Shown here piece by piece: positions 20,189 through 29,442 of a stretch of DNA of 64,000 nucleotides (position 1 is the first letter of the stretch; the number at the start of each line of letters is the position of its first letter). The stretch is taken from contig DCUY01000104.1 in the NCBI GenBank assembly GCA_002327905.1, positions 7,904 to 71,903 of the forward strand, read 5' to 3'. A program made the translations under genes and the position numbers. The DNA comes from a candidate division WOR-3 bacterium UBA2202 (GTDB taxonomy: Bacteria > Hydrothermota > 32-111). Below the pieces are notes generated by a model. That model was not told the DNA's origin. It worked only from the letters and a program-made list of their open reading frames with translations, and did no database searches.

Positions 20189-20217
20189 ATTATAGTAAAT
20201 TTATTTTACCTTGTCAA
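20189..20217 (-). promoter_or_regulatory. Sigma70-type promoter for the T9SS cargo gene
   Basis: Minus strand: TTGACAAGG (20217..20212) - 17 nt - TATAAT (20194..20189). Confidence 0.5.
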
Positions 20218-20245
20218 CTGTATTGAAGTCCTTTCATAATTCTGG

Positions 20246-22114
20246 TTACCGTGGACACACACTAAACCAGTCGAAGGATGAATTCTCATTTTCAGAGAAT
20301 GTCATGATATATTGATTCTTTTCAGATACGGTAATAAATTCTCCTTTTGAAGGACTAAAGAGTATTCTGCTCTTTTCAATCACATTTCCCAAAGAATCAA
20401 TTGTTGACAATTTCACTGTGATTCCATCTGATTTTTGAACTCTTTTATCAGGAAAGAATACTATCTCAAAGGTGTCATCCGCCTCTGCATTAAAAATCAG
20501 AGTGTCATCCAAATAGGATGGAATGACTATTTTTCCGTTCCAAAAAACAACTCTGTCAATATATTTCAGAATGTGCGGATTTGCTTTCTCTCTATATTCA
20601 TATTTGAAGCATTTTATCGAATACTCATTTGAAATCGAAAACGGAAGTATCCCGTACATTGATGTGTAATATCCGGATTTCCCCTCTTTTGACAACAGCT
20701 TCACAGGAAAATTAAAGAGGGACTCTGCTTCAATCAATTTAAGATGCAAAGCAAGATATGAAATGTCAGTCATATTCTCTATAAGAGAGACATACAAAAT
20801 ATCCGATTCCTTCATTTTCGAACTCTTCAACAAAAACGGTTCTGCCCGACTCTTCTCTGCCACAGTTCTAAATCCCCATTCTCCCAAGAAGTATTCTTTT
20901 GCATCAGATGAACAGTTTTCTTTGCTGTCAAACTGCAATTTGCTATAACTGTTCGTTTGTATTAAATCGCTTGTCAGAAGAAGAGATGTCAGGAGTAAAC
21001 TTGAAAATATGCCGAATGAAAGAAACTTCAGTCCGTTGTCTTTGAAGAGTATTATTGCCAAAATAATGAAATATGCAAAGAGGTACCTTCCTATAACCAT
21101 AGGAAAGAATAAGACTATAGCGGCTCCTGTTCCGGCTGTTAGAAGAAGCATTGCCTTTCTCTCTCTGCTTTGAAACATTGACGAACATGCGTTAATTCCT
21201 GAAAAGAGAAGAAGGAAGAGAGTGACTTTCGAAAAAGGATTTCCCGCTGAAGATGAATATGCAAAATAGAGTATTAAAGTCAGTAGAAGAGAGACAATTC
21301 TGAATTTGATTCCGCCTTTAACTTTTTTGAAAACCTCAGGAAAAGCAAACAGACCTGTTAAAACCAGAAGAGCAAGAAATTTCTCAAATGTCTTATGGTA
21401 ATTGAATATTTTTTCAGACCCGTACCATTTTATCGACCTGAACAAAGTGGGGGCAAGCTGATAATGGTTCAATAAGAGAATCACAAGCAGAGTGAAAACG
21501 AACAAGAGTGCAAGAAGAAACATATTCTTTTTATCCCTGCTCTTTTCAAATGCCAAAAAGCAGATAGGAAAAAGAATAAAAGAGACATAAGAGAAGAGAA
21601 GAGAGAGAATTGAAAAAACTGAGAATAATATAAAATTAAAGATTCTTCCGTCTTCGTAAAATCTGATTAAAAAATAAATTCCGAAGATCATAAGAACAAA
21701 AGCGGGTATATCAGCCATGAATGAATTGGCATAGACTCCTATAGCAGGAGAAAAAAGAATAAGAGCAGTGACAGCAAGAGGATGCTTCGTTTTGAAATAC
21801 TTCAGTATTGCCTCAAGAGGAAAGAGCATTGATGCAAATAGCATGTAAATAAATATATGGACAAATCTGTGCGAAAAATTCAGTCTCTCAAGGAGAGCAT
21901 AAAAAAGTATCGGCACAATGGAATGCGTCCCGTCCGTTATTTTTACTGTCTCTCCGTGAAAAGGCCAGTCTCTGTCAAGAAATGCCCTTACCCCGTTTTC
22001 AGAGATGAATTTTCCGTTGCCAATATAAATAATATCATCATAATTCATCTCCCTACTTGAGAATATGCAAAAAAAGGATATAATAAACAGAAATAATAAA
22101 AACCGTTTGACCAT
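20246..22114 (-). CDS. Polytopic membrane protein, GT-C-fold glycosyltransferase-like (ArnT/PMT-like) with C-terminal soluble domain
   Basis: About 12 predicted hydrophobic helices in the first 400 aa, then a roughly 220-aa soluble C-terminal domain; 622 aa. Family assignment is by architecture only. Confidence 0.4.
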   Translation of the reverse strand: MVKRFLLFLFIISFFCIFSSREMNYDDIIYIGNGKFISENGVRAFLDRDWPFHGETVKITDGTHSIVPILFYALLERLNFSHRFVHIFIYMLFASMLFPLEAILKYFKTKHPLAVTALILFSPAIGVYANSFMADIPAFVLMIFGIYFLIRFYEDGRIFNFILFSVFSILSLLFSYVSFILFPICFLAFEKSRDKKNMFLLALLFVFTLLVILLLNHYQLAPTLFRSIKWYGSEKIFNYHKTFEKFLALLVLTGLFAFPEVFKKVKGGIKFRIVSLLLTLILYFAYSSSAGNPFSKVTLFLLLFSGINACSSMFQSRERKAMLLLTAGTGAAIVLFFPMVIGRYLFAYFIILAIILFKDNGLKFLSFGIFSSLLLTSLLLTSDLIQTNSYSKLQFDSKENCSSDAKEYFLGEWGFRTVAEKSRAEPFLLKSSKMKESDILYVSLIENMTDISYLALHLKLIEAESLFNFPVKLLSKEGKSGYYTSMYGILPFSISNEYSIKCFKYEYREKANPHILKYIDRVVFWNGKIVIPSYLDDTLIFNAEADDTFEIVFFPDKRVQKSDGITVKLSTIDSLGNVIEKSRILFSPSKGEFITVSEKNQYIMTFSENENSSFDWFSVCPR

Positions 22115-22164
22115 GTCAAGATTATAACTTTGAATTTTGATGTGTCAATACGAATGGAGGTCTT

Positions 22165-23286
22165 ATGCTCTTGGATTCCAGAATTTCAAAATGGGCTCAG
22201 ACAATAGTAAATTACTCGGTTGAAGTGAAACCCAAGCAGAAAGTGATGATAAGGGGATCTTATGCGGCTATGCCGTTGATTAAGGAAGTGTATAGAGAAG
22301 TAATCAAAGCGGGTGGGCTTCCTGATTTCCGCCTCTCTGAAAGCGAACTCTCAGAGATATTTTTAAAAGAGGCCTCAAACGAACAAATAATGTATGTCTC
22401 TCATCCTGAAGAATGGATTATAGAAAATTATGATGCATTCATTAATATAGGCGGGGAAAACAATCTCAAATCCCTGTCGTCTGTTCCTTCGGAAAAAATA
22501 AAAATACTTATGCAGGCAAAAAAGAAATTGAATGAAATTTATTTCAGCAGAGCGTCAAAGAATGAATTAAAATGGGTGATAACGCATTATCCTACAAACT
22601 CGTCTGCTCAGGAGAGCGGAATGTCATTAAATGATTTTGAAGATTTTGTCATAAGCGCATGCTATCTTGACAAGGAGAATCCCACAGAGGAGTGGCGAAG
22701 AGTGAGCAGGATGCAGGACAAAATAATTGATTTTCTCAAGAATAAAAAGAATTTCAGGTATGTTTCCAAAGATACGGATTTGTCATTCTCTGCTGAAGGG
22801 AGAAAATGGATCAATTCTGACGGAAGGCATAATTTCCCCTCGGGAGAGGTGTTCACAAGCCCTGTTGAGACAAGCATAAACGGCAGAGTCAGATTCTCAT
22901 TCCCTGCGATATATTCGGGAAAAGAGATAGAGGATATCAGCATGGAGTTTAAAAACGGAGAGATAATACGCGCCTCCGCAAAGAGAGGAGATGAGCTTCT
23001 TCAGACGGTTCTCTCTGTTGATGAAGGCGCAAGAAGAGTGGGAGAGGCCGCAATAGGAACAAATTACGGCATAAATAAATTCGTGAAGAATATGCTCTTT
23101 GACGAAAAGATCGGAGGCACGATTCATATTGCTATAGGAAACGGATTTGAAGAGGCGAACGGAAAGAACAAATCTGCGATTCACTGGGACATGCTTTGCG
23201 ATATGAAGGAGCAGGGCGAAATATACGGCGACGGAGAGTTGTTTTATAAGAACGGAAAATTTTTAATAAAAGGAGTGGTATTATGA
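22165..23286 (+). CDS. Aminopeptidase, peptidase family M29 (AmpS/PepS-like)
   Basis: N-terminus MLLDSRISKWAQTIVNYSVEVKPKQKVMIRGSYAAMPLIKEVYREVIKAGG matches the thermophilic-metalloprotease M29 family; 373 aa. Confidence 0.75.
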   Translation: MLLDSRISKWAQTIVNYSVEVKPKQKVMIRGSYAAMPLIKEVYREVIKAGGLPDFRLSESELSEIFLKEASNEQIMYVSHPEEWIIENYDAFINIGGENNLKSLSSVPSEKIKILMQAKKKLNEIYFSRASKNELKWVITHYPTNSSAQESGMSLNDFEDFVISACYLDKENPTEEWRRVSRMQDKIIDFLKNKKNFRYVSKDTDLSFSAEGRKWINSDGRHNFPSGEVFTSPVETSINGRVRFSFPAIYSGKEIEDISMEFKNGEIIRASAKRGDELLQTVLSVDEGARRVGEAAIGTNYGINKFVKNMLFDEKIGGTIHIAIGNGFEEANGKNKSAIHWDMLCDMKEQGEIYGDGELFYKNGKFLIKGVVL

Positions 23287-23576
23287 ACCAGAAGAATCTG
23301 AATATCAAAATAGAGAAAGATGTGGCAGAGGGAAAATACGCGAATCTTGTGCTGACAGTTCATTCACAGTCGGAATTCATACTTGATTTTGCGAAGATGC
23401 TACCCGGGCTCACTGAGGCATCTGTGCACACGCGCATAATAATGACTCCGTCGCATGCCAAGATGCTTCTGAAATCCATTGAGGAGGCAATGAAAAAATA
23501 CGAATCCACATTCGGAGAGATTAAAATTGATGAGCATGCGAAAGACGGAAAGAGCATAGGCTTCACAAACAATTAG
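23283..23576 (+). CDS. DUF3467-family small protein
   Basis: NIKIEKDVAEGKYANLVLTVHSQSEFILDFAKMLPG...HTRIIMTPSHAKMLLKSIEEAMKKYESTFGEI, characteristic of DUF3467. Overlaps the aminopeptidase stop by 4 nt. Confidence 0.55.
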   Translation: MNQKNLNIKIEKDVAEGKYANLVLTVHSQSEFILDFAKMLPGLTEASVHTRIIMTPSHAKMLLKSIEEAMKKYESTFGEIKIDEHAKDGKSIGFTNN

Positions 23577-24913
23577 ATTCTGACTGCCTGATATATAAGC
23601 AGAGCAAAAGATAGGATAGCGCTGAATTTGAACTGCTTGTTGAGGGTGAGGATTATTATTCCGAAGAGAAACGCAAATAGAAATGCGTCGATGTTTAAAT
23701 TGAAAAAGAGAGGAAGCTTCTCGGAAAATAGAATTATCCTTTCAATGAAAAAATAAAGAATTCTGACAGGAAGACAAAGAAAAGAGAGAATCGGAATCAG
23801 AGAGAGAAGAGAGAGAGGAAGAATCAAGTTGAAGAACGGGAGGAGAAGAAGAGTGAAGAAGGGCGATCCTATTGAGACATATTTGAATCTGAACATCATG
23901 AATGGAAATGTAAGAAGCAGTATCAGCATTGATGACGCGAATATTTTATATATTGAATGCTTTGGCGAAAAAATCCTCGAAGTCATAAAGAGCCCGTAAA
24001 CAGCTATGAATGAGAGAATAAACCCCTCGTCATAAAAATTTCTCCTGTTCAAAACGAGCATTACAATCATTGAAATGATAAGCATATTTTCATTATCGGC
24101 ATCTCTTGAAAACATCTGTCCGAATATGATTATTGAGATGAAGAGCACTGCCCTCATAACAGGCGGATTGAGATATGTGAGAAATCCATAAAAGATGATA
24201 AGAGACATTCCTATAAGCATTTTTATTCTTTTGGGCAGAGGAAAAGGAAAGAGAAAGACCATTATTAAAGCAAAAATAACAGTAGTGTGCTGTCCGCTTA
24301 TTGCAATCAGATGAATTACCCCGCTGTGCAGAAACCCCTTCTTCAAATCGCTGTTAAGGTCTTTTCTGTAACCCCAAAGAAGAGAATTGATGAATCCGTT
24401 TATTTTATCGTCAGGATAAAGAGTTTTTACTCTGTTTATGAGAATTGTCCTTATTCTCTCCACTCCGCGCGTGCTCTTGACAGAATCAATAATGATAGGG
24501 GATGCGGTATATCCTATTCCGCTCTCCAAAAGATATTTTTCATAATCAGTATTGCTCTTTATTTTTTTTATTCGGAAAGATCCGTATATTCTGTCCCCTT
24601 CAAAGAGGGAGACTCTTGTCCTTAAAAGCATCTTCGCATTCCCTGTACCCGCAATGTAATCATATCTTAATGCCCTCTCAACTCTCATATCAGTAACATA
24701 ATCATTTTCAGGTATGTTCACTCTATCTGTCTGCATCGAGAGAATAAATCCTGCAAGCACTGCAAGAGCGACAGAGAGCGCGATGATAAATCTTTTTTTG
24801 AAAATCAATAGGGATATGAAAATGAGAGGAATGAGAACAGATGACAGTGCTGTCTTTATGAAAAAACCGGAGATGAGAGAAAAAAGAATATAATAAAGAG
24901 GATTACCCATCAA
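23573..24913 (-). CDS. ComEC/Rec2-family competence membrane protein (competence domain only, no MBL domain)
   Basis: Polytopic membrane protein with the HSGVIHLIAISGQHTTVIFALIM motif, analogous to ComEC ISGLHV; 446 aa. Confidence 0.65.
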   Translation of the reverse strand: MMGNPLYYILFSLISGFFIKTALSSVLIPLIFISLLIFKKRFIIALSVALAVLAGFILSMQTDRVNIPENDYVTDMRVERALRYDYIAGTGNAKMLLRTRVSLFEGDRIYGSFRIKKIKSNTDYEKYLLESGIGYTASPIIIDSVKSTRGVERIRTILINRVKTLYPDDKINGFINSLLWGYRKDLNSDLKKGFLHSGVIHLIAISGQHTTVIFALIMVFLFPFPLPKRIKMLIGMSLIIFYGFLTYLNPPVMRAVLFISIIIFGQMFSRDADNENMLIISMIVMLVLNRRNFYDEGFILSFIAVYGLFMTSRIFSPKHSIYKIFASSMLILLLTFPFMMFRFKYVSIGSPFFTLLLLPFFNLILPLSLLSLIPILSFLCLPVRILYFFIERIILFSEKLPLFFNLNIDAFLFAFLFGIIILTLNKQFKFSAILSFALLIYQAVRI

Positions 24914-25275
24914 ACGTATAAGACGGGGGAGAGCTCCTGTGTGAGGCGCCTGATTTCATACCTTGCCAATCCGACATTCTGCTCTTTTCCTGACAATGCG
25001 TAGTAAATGTAATACTCCTTTCCCACCATTGCAGTTACAATAGTCATTTTACCCGTTATCAGTATTATCTCAGCCATAGCTCCCGCTCCTATCTCCCTTG
25101 AAATCTTCTCCGCGGTTGTCGCAAGAGTCGCCAACTCCGCATCCGCCAGAGATAAATCCGATTGGTCATTCTTTGTATATGATGACAGGGCAATGCCGTC
25201 TATCCCCACAAGAGAGACAGCCACACAGCCTGTAATTTTCATTCCCGATTCTTTTAATACAACATCAAAGTCCAT
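24910..25275 (-). CDS. Roadblock/LC7-domain protein (MglB-like)
   Basis: 121 aa; GCVAVSLVGIDGIALSSY...AMAEIILITGKMTIVTAMVGKEYYIYYA pattern typical of Roadblock/LC7. Confidence 0.55.
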   Translation of the reverse strand: MDFDVVLKESGMKITGCVAVSLVGIDGIALSSYTKNDQSDLSLADAELATLATTAEKISREIGAGAMAEIILITGKMTIVTAMVGKEYYIYYALSGKEQNVGLARYEIRRLTQELSPVLYV

Positions 25276-25937
25276 TATTTCCTCCTGAAAATCATATCTA
25301 GCAATCCCTTCTTTTTCGGCACATACTTCTGCCTCATAAGATACGCTCTCTTGCTTCTCGGATTAACGCTGAATGTCTGCTTTATAAGCTCCTGCGCCTT
25401 ATTCTTCTCATTATTCATAAAATACGCCTCCGCAAGATTGAGCATAAAATCTTCATCCGAAAACATGGATTGCGTCACCGCCTTGTCCATCAGGTCAATT
25501 CCCCTCTTCTTGTCCTTTCCGCTCATAAAGAGCGCATATCCGAAATAAGAGTAAAATTCCTGAGACGGCTGTTTGTTTGTATATTTGTAATTATTCTCAA
25601 GCCTCTCATAGTATTCAAGAGCCTCTAAGTATCTGTGCTCCTTTATTCTTTTTTTCGCCCGTATGAAATAATGTTCGAATTTTTCATCCATCTTCTTCTG
25701 CTCGACATCTATGCCTTCATTGAATTTTTTCAAGTTTGAATCATACTCTTCCCTCTTTTTTTCATCCGACAAAACTTCGTATGCCTCCGATATGTCGGCG
25801 AACATACCTGTATCCTCTCCTCCATCCTGATTAACTTTGTCCGGATGATACCTCTTGGCAAGCATGATATATGTTTTTTTTATCTCAGCTTTGCTTGCTT
25901 TGGACTCTACATTTAAAATTTCATAGTAATTTTTCAT
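25275..25937 (-). CDS. J-domain (DnaJ-like) protein with TPR-like C-terminal region
   Basis: NYYEILNVESKASKAEIKKTYIMLAKRYHPDK, a canonical J domain with HPD. Tyr/Glu-rich helical repeats follow downstream. Confidence 0.75.
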   Translation of the reverse strand: MKNYYEILNVESKASKAEIKKTYIMLAKRYHPDKVNQDGGEDTGMFADISEAYEVLSDEKKREEYDSNLKKFNEGIDVEQKKMDEKFEHYFIRAKKRIKEHRYLEALEYYERLENNYKYTNKQPSQEFYSYFGYALFMSGKDKKRGIDLMDKAVTQSMFSDEDFMLNLAEAYFMNNEKNKAQELIKQTFSVNPRSKRAYLMRQKYVPKKKGLLDMIFRRK

Positions 25938-26066
25938 AATTTATTATTATATCAAAAGACAGACAATAGTCAATTGTATTTGTCAATGAAATGTTTTCAT
26001 CTATTTTGGGAGGCTAAGGCATTTTCCCCTTTACTTTTTAGAAGATTCACATATAATTTTTTCATT

Positions 26067-27191
26067 ATGAAGAAACTTGATATATTGCTTGTCTCTGACC
26101 CTTATTATCCTTACCCTTCGGGAATCTCCGAATATACATTTTATCTGGCAAAATACCTGAGGAAATTCGGAAATAATGTAACTGTGCTGACAACACATTA
26201 CAAAAACGAAATTGAAGATGACCATGTTATCAGATTCGGAAGAGTTCTGATGATTCCAATGAACAGGTCATACGCGACAATGTCTTTCGGGCTTGATATA
26301 CCTGCGAAGGTGAAGAATCTGCTTCATAATAATCATTATGATATAATTCATCTTAACGGACCCTTTCCTCCGTCAATTTCATTCTTTGCACTTCATTATT
26401 CAAAATCAGTCAATATATCCGCATTCCTCAATGCCGGATTCTCTTTCAATTCTACAGGGGCATCAATTGCAAAATTCCTGTACGGGAAATATCTGAAAAA
26501 AATAGATGGGCTTTTTGCCATATCTGAAACGGCAAAGAAGGCTATGGAGCCGTATTTTCCCGGAGAGTATGCGATTATTCCCGCAGGAGTGGATACTGAA
26601 GTCTTCAATCCGGATGTTAAAGAAAGAAATGATTTGAGAGAGGGATACCCGAGAGTTCTCTTTCTCGGACGGCTTGACGAAAGAAAAGGCGTGATTGTAA
26701 TGATAAATGCTTTCAAGAGTCTTTTGAAATTAAAACCCAAGGCACAGCTTGTTATAGCTGGAAAGGGACCTCTTGACAATGAAGCGCGCAATTTGGCAAA
26801 GCACTTGAAAATAGAGGACTCTGTCGAATTCAAAGGATTCATTCCTTTCGGAGAGATTCCGTCATACTATAAATCTACGGACATTTACTGCTCACCGGCT
26901 TTGGGCGGAGAGTCATTCGGAATAGTTCTTCTTGAGGCAATGGCAACAGGAACTCCGGTTATTGCATCAAACATCCACGGATACTCTCAGGTTGTCAAAG
27001 ATAATGAAAACGGGTTATTGTTTGAAACAGGAAATGAAGATGACATTGTGAAAAAGATAATTCAGATTGCAGACAATAAAGAATTGAGGGATAAGTGCAT
27101 AAAAAACGGTTTCATTCTTGCAGACAAATACTCATGGGAGAATGTGGCAAAACAGATTGAATCCTTCTATATATCCCGCCTTAAAAGGTAA
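26067..27191 (+). CDS. Glycosyltransferase family 4 (GT-B)
   Basis: GGESFGIVLLEAMATGTPVIASNIHGYSQVVKDNENGLLFE, an EX7E-type GT4 motif. Likely start is MKKLDILLVSDPYYPYPSGISEY at 26067. Confidence 0.8.
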   Translation: MKKLDILLVSDPYYPYPSGISEYTFYLAKYLRKFGNNVTVLTTHYKNEIEDDHVIRFGRVLMIPMNRSYATMSFGLDIPAKVKNLLHNNHYDIIHLNGPFPPSISFFALHYSKSVNISAFLNAGFSFNSTGASIAKFLYGKYLKKIDGLFAISETAKKAMEPYFPGEYAIIPAGVDTEVFNPDVKERNDLREGYPRVLFLGRLDERKGVIVMINAFKSLLKLKPKAQLVIAGKGPLDNEARNLAKHLKIEDSVEFKGFIPFGEIPSYYKSTDIYCSPALGGESFGIVLLEAMATGTPVIASNIHGYSQVVKDNENGLLFETGNEDDIVKKIIQIADNKELRDKCIKNGFILADKYSWENVAKQIESFYISRLKR

Positions 27192-27253
27192 ATACTATTC
27201 AAAATTTTATCGAAAACTGCTGACTATATAAGGCCCATTCAATTTGATGCATT

Positions 27254-27754
27254 TTAATGTTTTGCATTCGCAAGCATTTTTAGGGTATCATAATAACCAA
27301 AATATTTCTTTTCAAATTCTTCATAATCTTTTTTCTCAGTAATCCATATAATTGTGTAATATTCTTTTGCTCCGCTCCTCACCAATGCTTCAAATCTGTG
27401 GTTACCGTCATTTAGTTCAAATGTGTCATCGTAATACCCGATTATCAGAGGCGGAACATCCCATCCCTCTTCTATATCATTCTGCATCCTTGCCACTTTT
27501 TTTTCAAAACTTTCTGTATCAGTGCGAAATCTCATGTTCTCTTCAGTCCCGCAACACCTTTTAAAAAGATTTAGCGGCATCTTTACAGGATACATATAAT
27601 ATCTGTGTGTCAATTTTAAGCCCTTTGAGAATCCTTCATTACTCCCCTCACCCAAAAGAAATTCATGTATCCATTCTTCCAACTGTCCTTTATCCGCTCT
27701 CTCTATAGCATCCTTCAATGAAAACTCTTTCTGCATTTCTCTTCTCCTGACCAT
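27254..27754 (-). CDS. ParB/sulfiredoxin-like nuclease-domain protein
   Basis: ELNDGNHRFEA (DGxHR ParB N-terminal motif); 166 aa. First gene of the AT-rich island. Confidence 0.5.
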   Translation of the reverse strand: MVRRREMQKEFSLKDAIERADKGQLEEWIHEFLLGEGSNEGFSKGLKLTHRYYMYPVKMPLNLFKRCCGTEENMRFRTDTESFEKKVARMQNDIEEGWDVPPLIIGYYDDTFELNDGNHRFEALVRSGAKEYYTIIWITEKKDYEEFEKKYFGYYDTLKMLANAKH

Positions 27755-27862
27755 TATATAATGCGCATCTTGGAATATTACGAAACAATTTAAATAGTAA
27801 AAAAGTAAAGCGCCGAGATAACAGTTTTTTCATTTCGCTATGCGAAATACGACCTATTTATT

Positions 27863-28537
27863 TTATGGCTTCCTCATTATAAACAAATATTTAAAACCTC
27901 TTAAATAAAAATTAAACTGCCTTGCTCTGTTGTGCCAAACTCCCGTGTTTGACGTTTGATTGTGTCTTGTTAAACAAACAATATCCATTGGCTCAAAATG
28001 TTTTTCCAATCTTTGCCACATCAAAAATCCAACAGCCGTAAATTTCTTTTTAATCCATTGATCGGCAATAACCCAGCCCATAACTTTTCCGGGTTTCAAA
28101 ATTCTTGCAATTTCGGAAGCGGTCTTTTCCAATTCATCATAAAATTCTGTTTTCTCGCAAGAAATTTTACCGATACATTCCTTGTTGTCAGAATAGTTGA
28201 TATTGTCGGAGTATGGCGAATCAATAAAAACAAAATCAACAGAATTGTCCGCAAGCGGGATTTTCCGAGAATCGTTTTTAATTACATCGGGTCTAACAAT
28301 ATTCAAATCATAACCGATTACTTTTCGGTTCAATTCTTTTGCAACATCAATCGTTGTTCCGCTCCCGCACATCGGATCGACAACTAAATCACCTTCTTTG
28401 GTATATCTTTGGAGTAAATTCCAAATGACAAAAGCCGGCGTTACGCCATTGTATTTATTGTTTCCATGTGGCTTGTCGCCATAATTTTGTCTCGGAAAAT
28501 CCCAAAGTGTTGTTGATTCAATAATCAAGTCAGACAT
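27863..28537 (-). CDS. DNA (amino) methyltransferase, N6-adenine/N4-cytosine type, small
   Basis: DPMCGSGTT (motif I, FxGxG-like) followed by FVFIDSPYSD (motif IV, D/S-PP-Y-like); 224 aa. Confidence 0.7.
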   Translation of the reverse strand: MSDLIIESTTLWDFPRQNYGDKPHGNNKYNGVTPAFVIWNLLQRYTKEGDLVVDPMCGSGTTIDVAKELNRKVIGYDLNIVRPDVIKNDSRKIPLADNSVDFVFIDSPYSDNINYSDNKECIGKISCEKTEFYDELEKTASEIARILKPGKVMGWVIADQWIKKKFTAVGFLMWQRLEKHFEPMDIVCLTRHNQTSNTGVWHNRARQFNFYLRGFKYLFIMRKP

Positions 28538-28763
28538 ATTTTTTCATCTGCATGCGATAAAAATTTATAGTCTTTTTATAAACCATTTCATTGAAGACGG
28601 CGTTTTCGTCAGCTTCAATTTTATCCAATAAAACTTGGGCATATAATAGTAAATCACCAAGTTGTGATATGTTTTTATTTTTCAGTCGCCAGCCGAGTTT
28701 CGATCTTTCATGCGTTTCGCAGATTATTTTTCCCCATGCTTTTTGCAATTGTTTTTTAGTCAT
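28530..28763 (-). CDS. Hypothetical small protein within R-M locus
   Basis: 77-aa ORF packed between the MTase and REase remnants; no recognisable motif. Confidence 0.3.
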   Translation of the reverse strand: MTKKQLQKAWGKIICETHERSKLGWRLKNKNISQLGDLLLYAQVLLDKIEADENAVFNEMVYKKTINFYRMQMKKYV

Positions 28764-28768
28764 ATTTT

Positions 28769-29438
28769 TTATTTTAATAATTTTTTCAAATCATCAATAA
28801 ATTTATCAAACATTTTTACTTTGTCGCTTTCTTCAATGTCGGTCTCGCTCAAAACATAACTTCCGTCTGTGTCAACTTCAACAATTGCTCTGCCTTTCTT
28901 TGCAGGTCTTTTAACTGTTAGTGTCCCATCCTCATCAGGCGTTACAAAATAAACTTTGATATGCTTTGTCGCTTCGTCAGAGGCAAGTTTAATTTTCCAA
29001 TATCCCGTTTGTGCAATTCTTTCCCGCAAAGTTACTTTGCTTGATAAAACAGCAACAACTTTGCTTGTTTTTTGGATCATAAATAATCAAATCAACATCT
29101 GGCAAATGCGAGCCAAACTCGCCATAATCAATAAGTAAATTTCTTTTAACTATACTCAATTCTTTTGAAAGGTTTGATCCATTCGTCCTTTCAAGGCTGT
29201 TGCCATTTACTACTTGCAAGCCGAGGGCATTAACCTCGTCCGTTATGATGTATTCAATCAATTTCTCTAAATTTTTACCTTTGAAAGCGCGCCATGATTG
29301 CTCGTGGTCTTTGCCGGTAAAATCTTTTTTGTGCAATTCCTTTGCTTCTTTCAAAACATTTGAAATATGGCGATATGCTTGCAGTCCATATTTTTTCTTT
29401 TTTGTTTCGTAGATTTTGATAAGGTCGTCTATAGTCAT
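28769..29438 (-). pseudogene. Frameshifted Type II restriction endonuclease candidate (two overlapping ORFs, 28989..29438 and 28769..29080)
   Basis: The frame switches at an A-rich run (ccaaaaaacaagcaaag, about 29065..29080). The fused reading gives ...GSHLPDVDLIIYDPKNKQ|VVAVLSSKVTLRER..., resembling a PD-(D/E)xK core. The position between two MTases and a C-protein is typical for the REase. Confidence 0.45.
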
Positions 29439-29442
29439 AGTT

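Noticed and set aside
26396-26842. 148-aa ORF antisense to the GT4 gene
   Set aside because: It sits inside the conserved GT4 glycosyltransferase reading frame and has no independent support.
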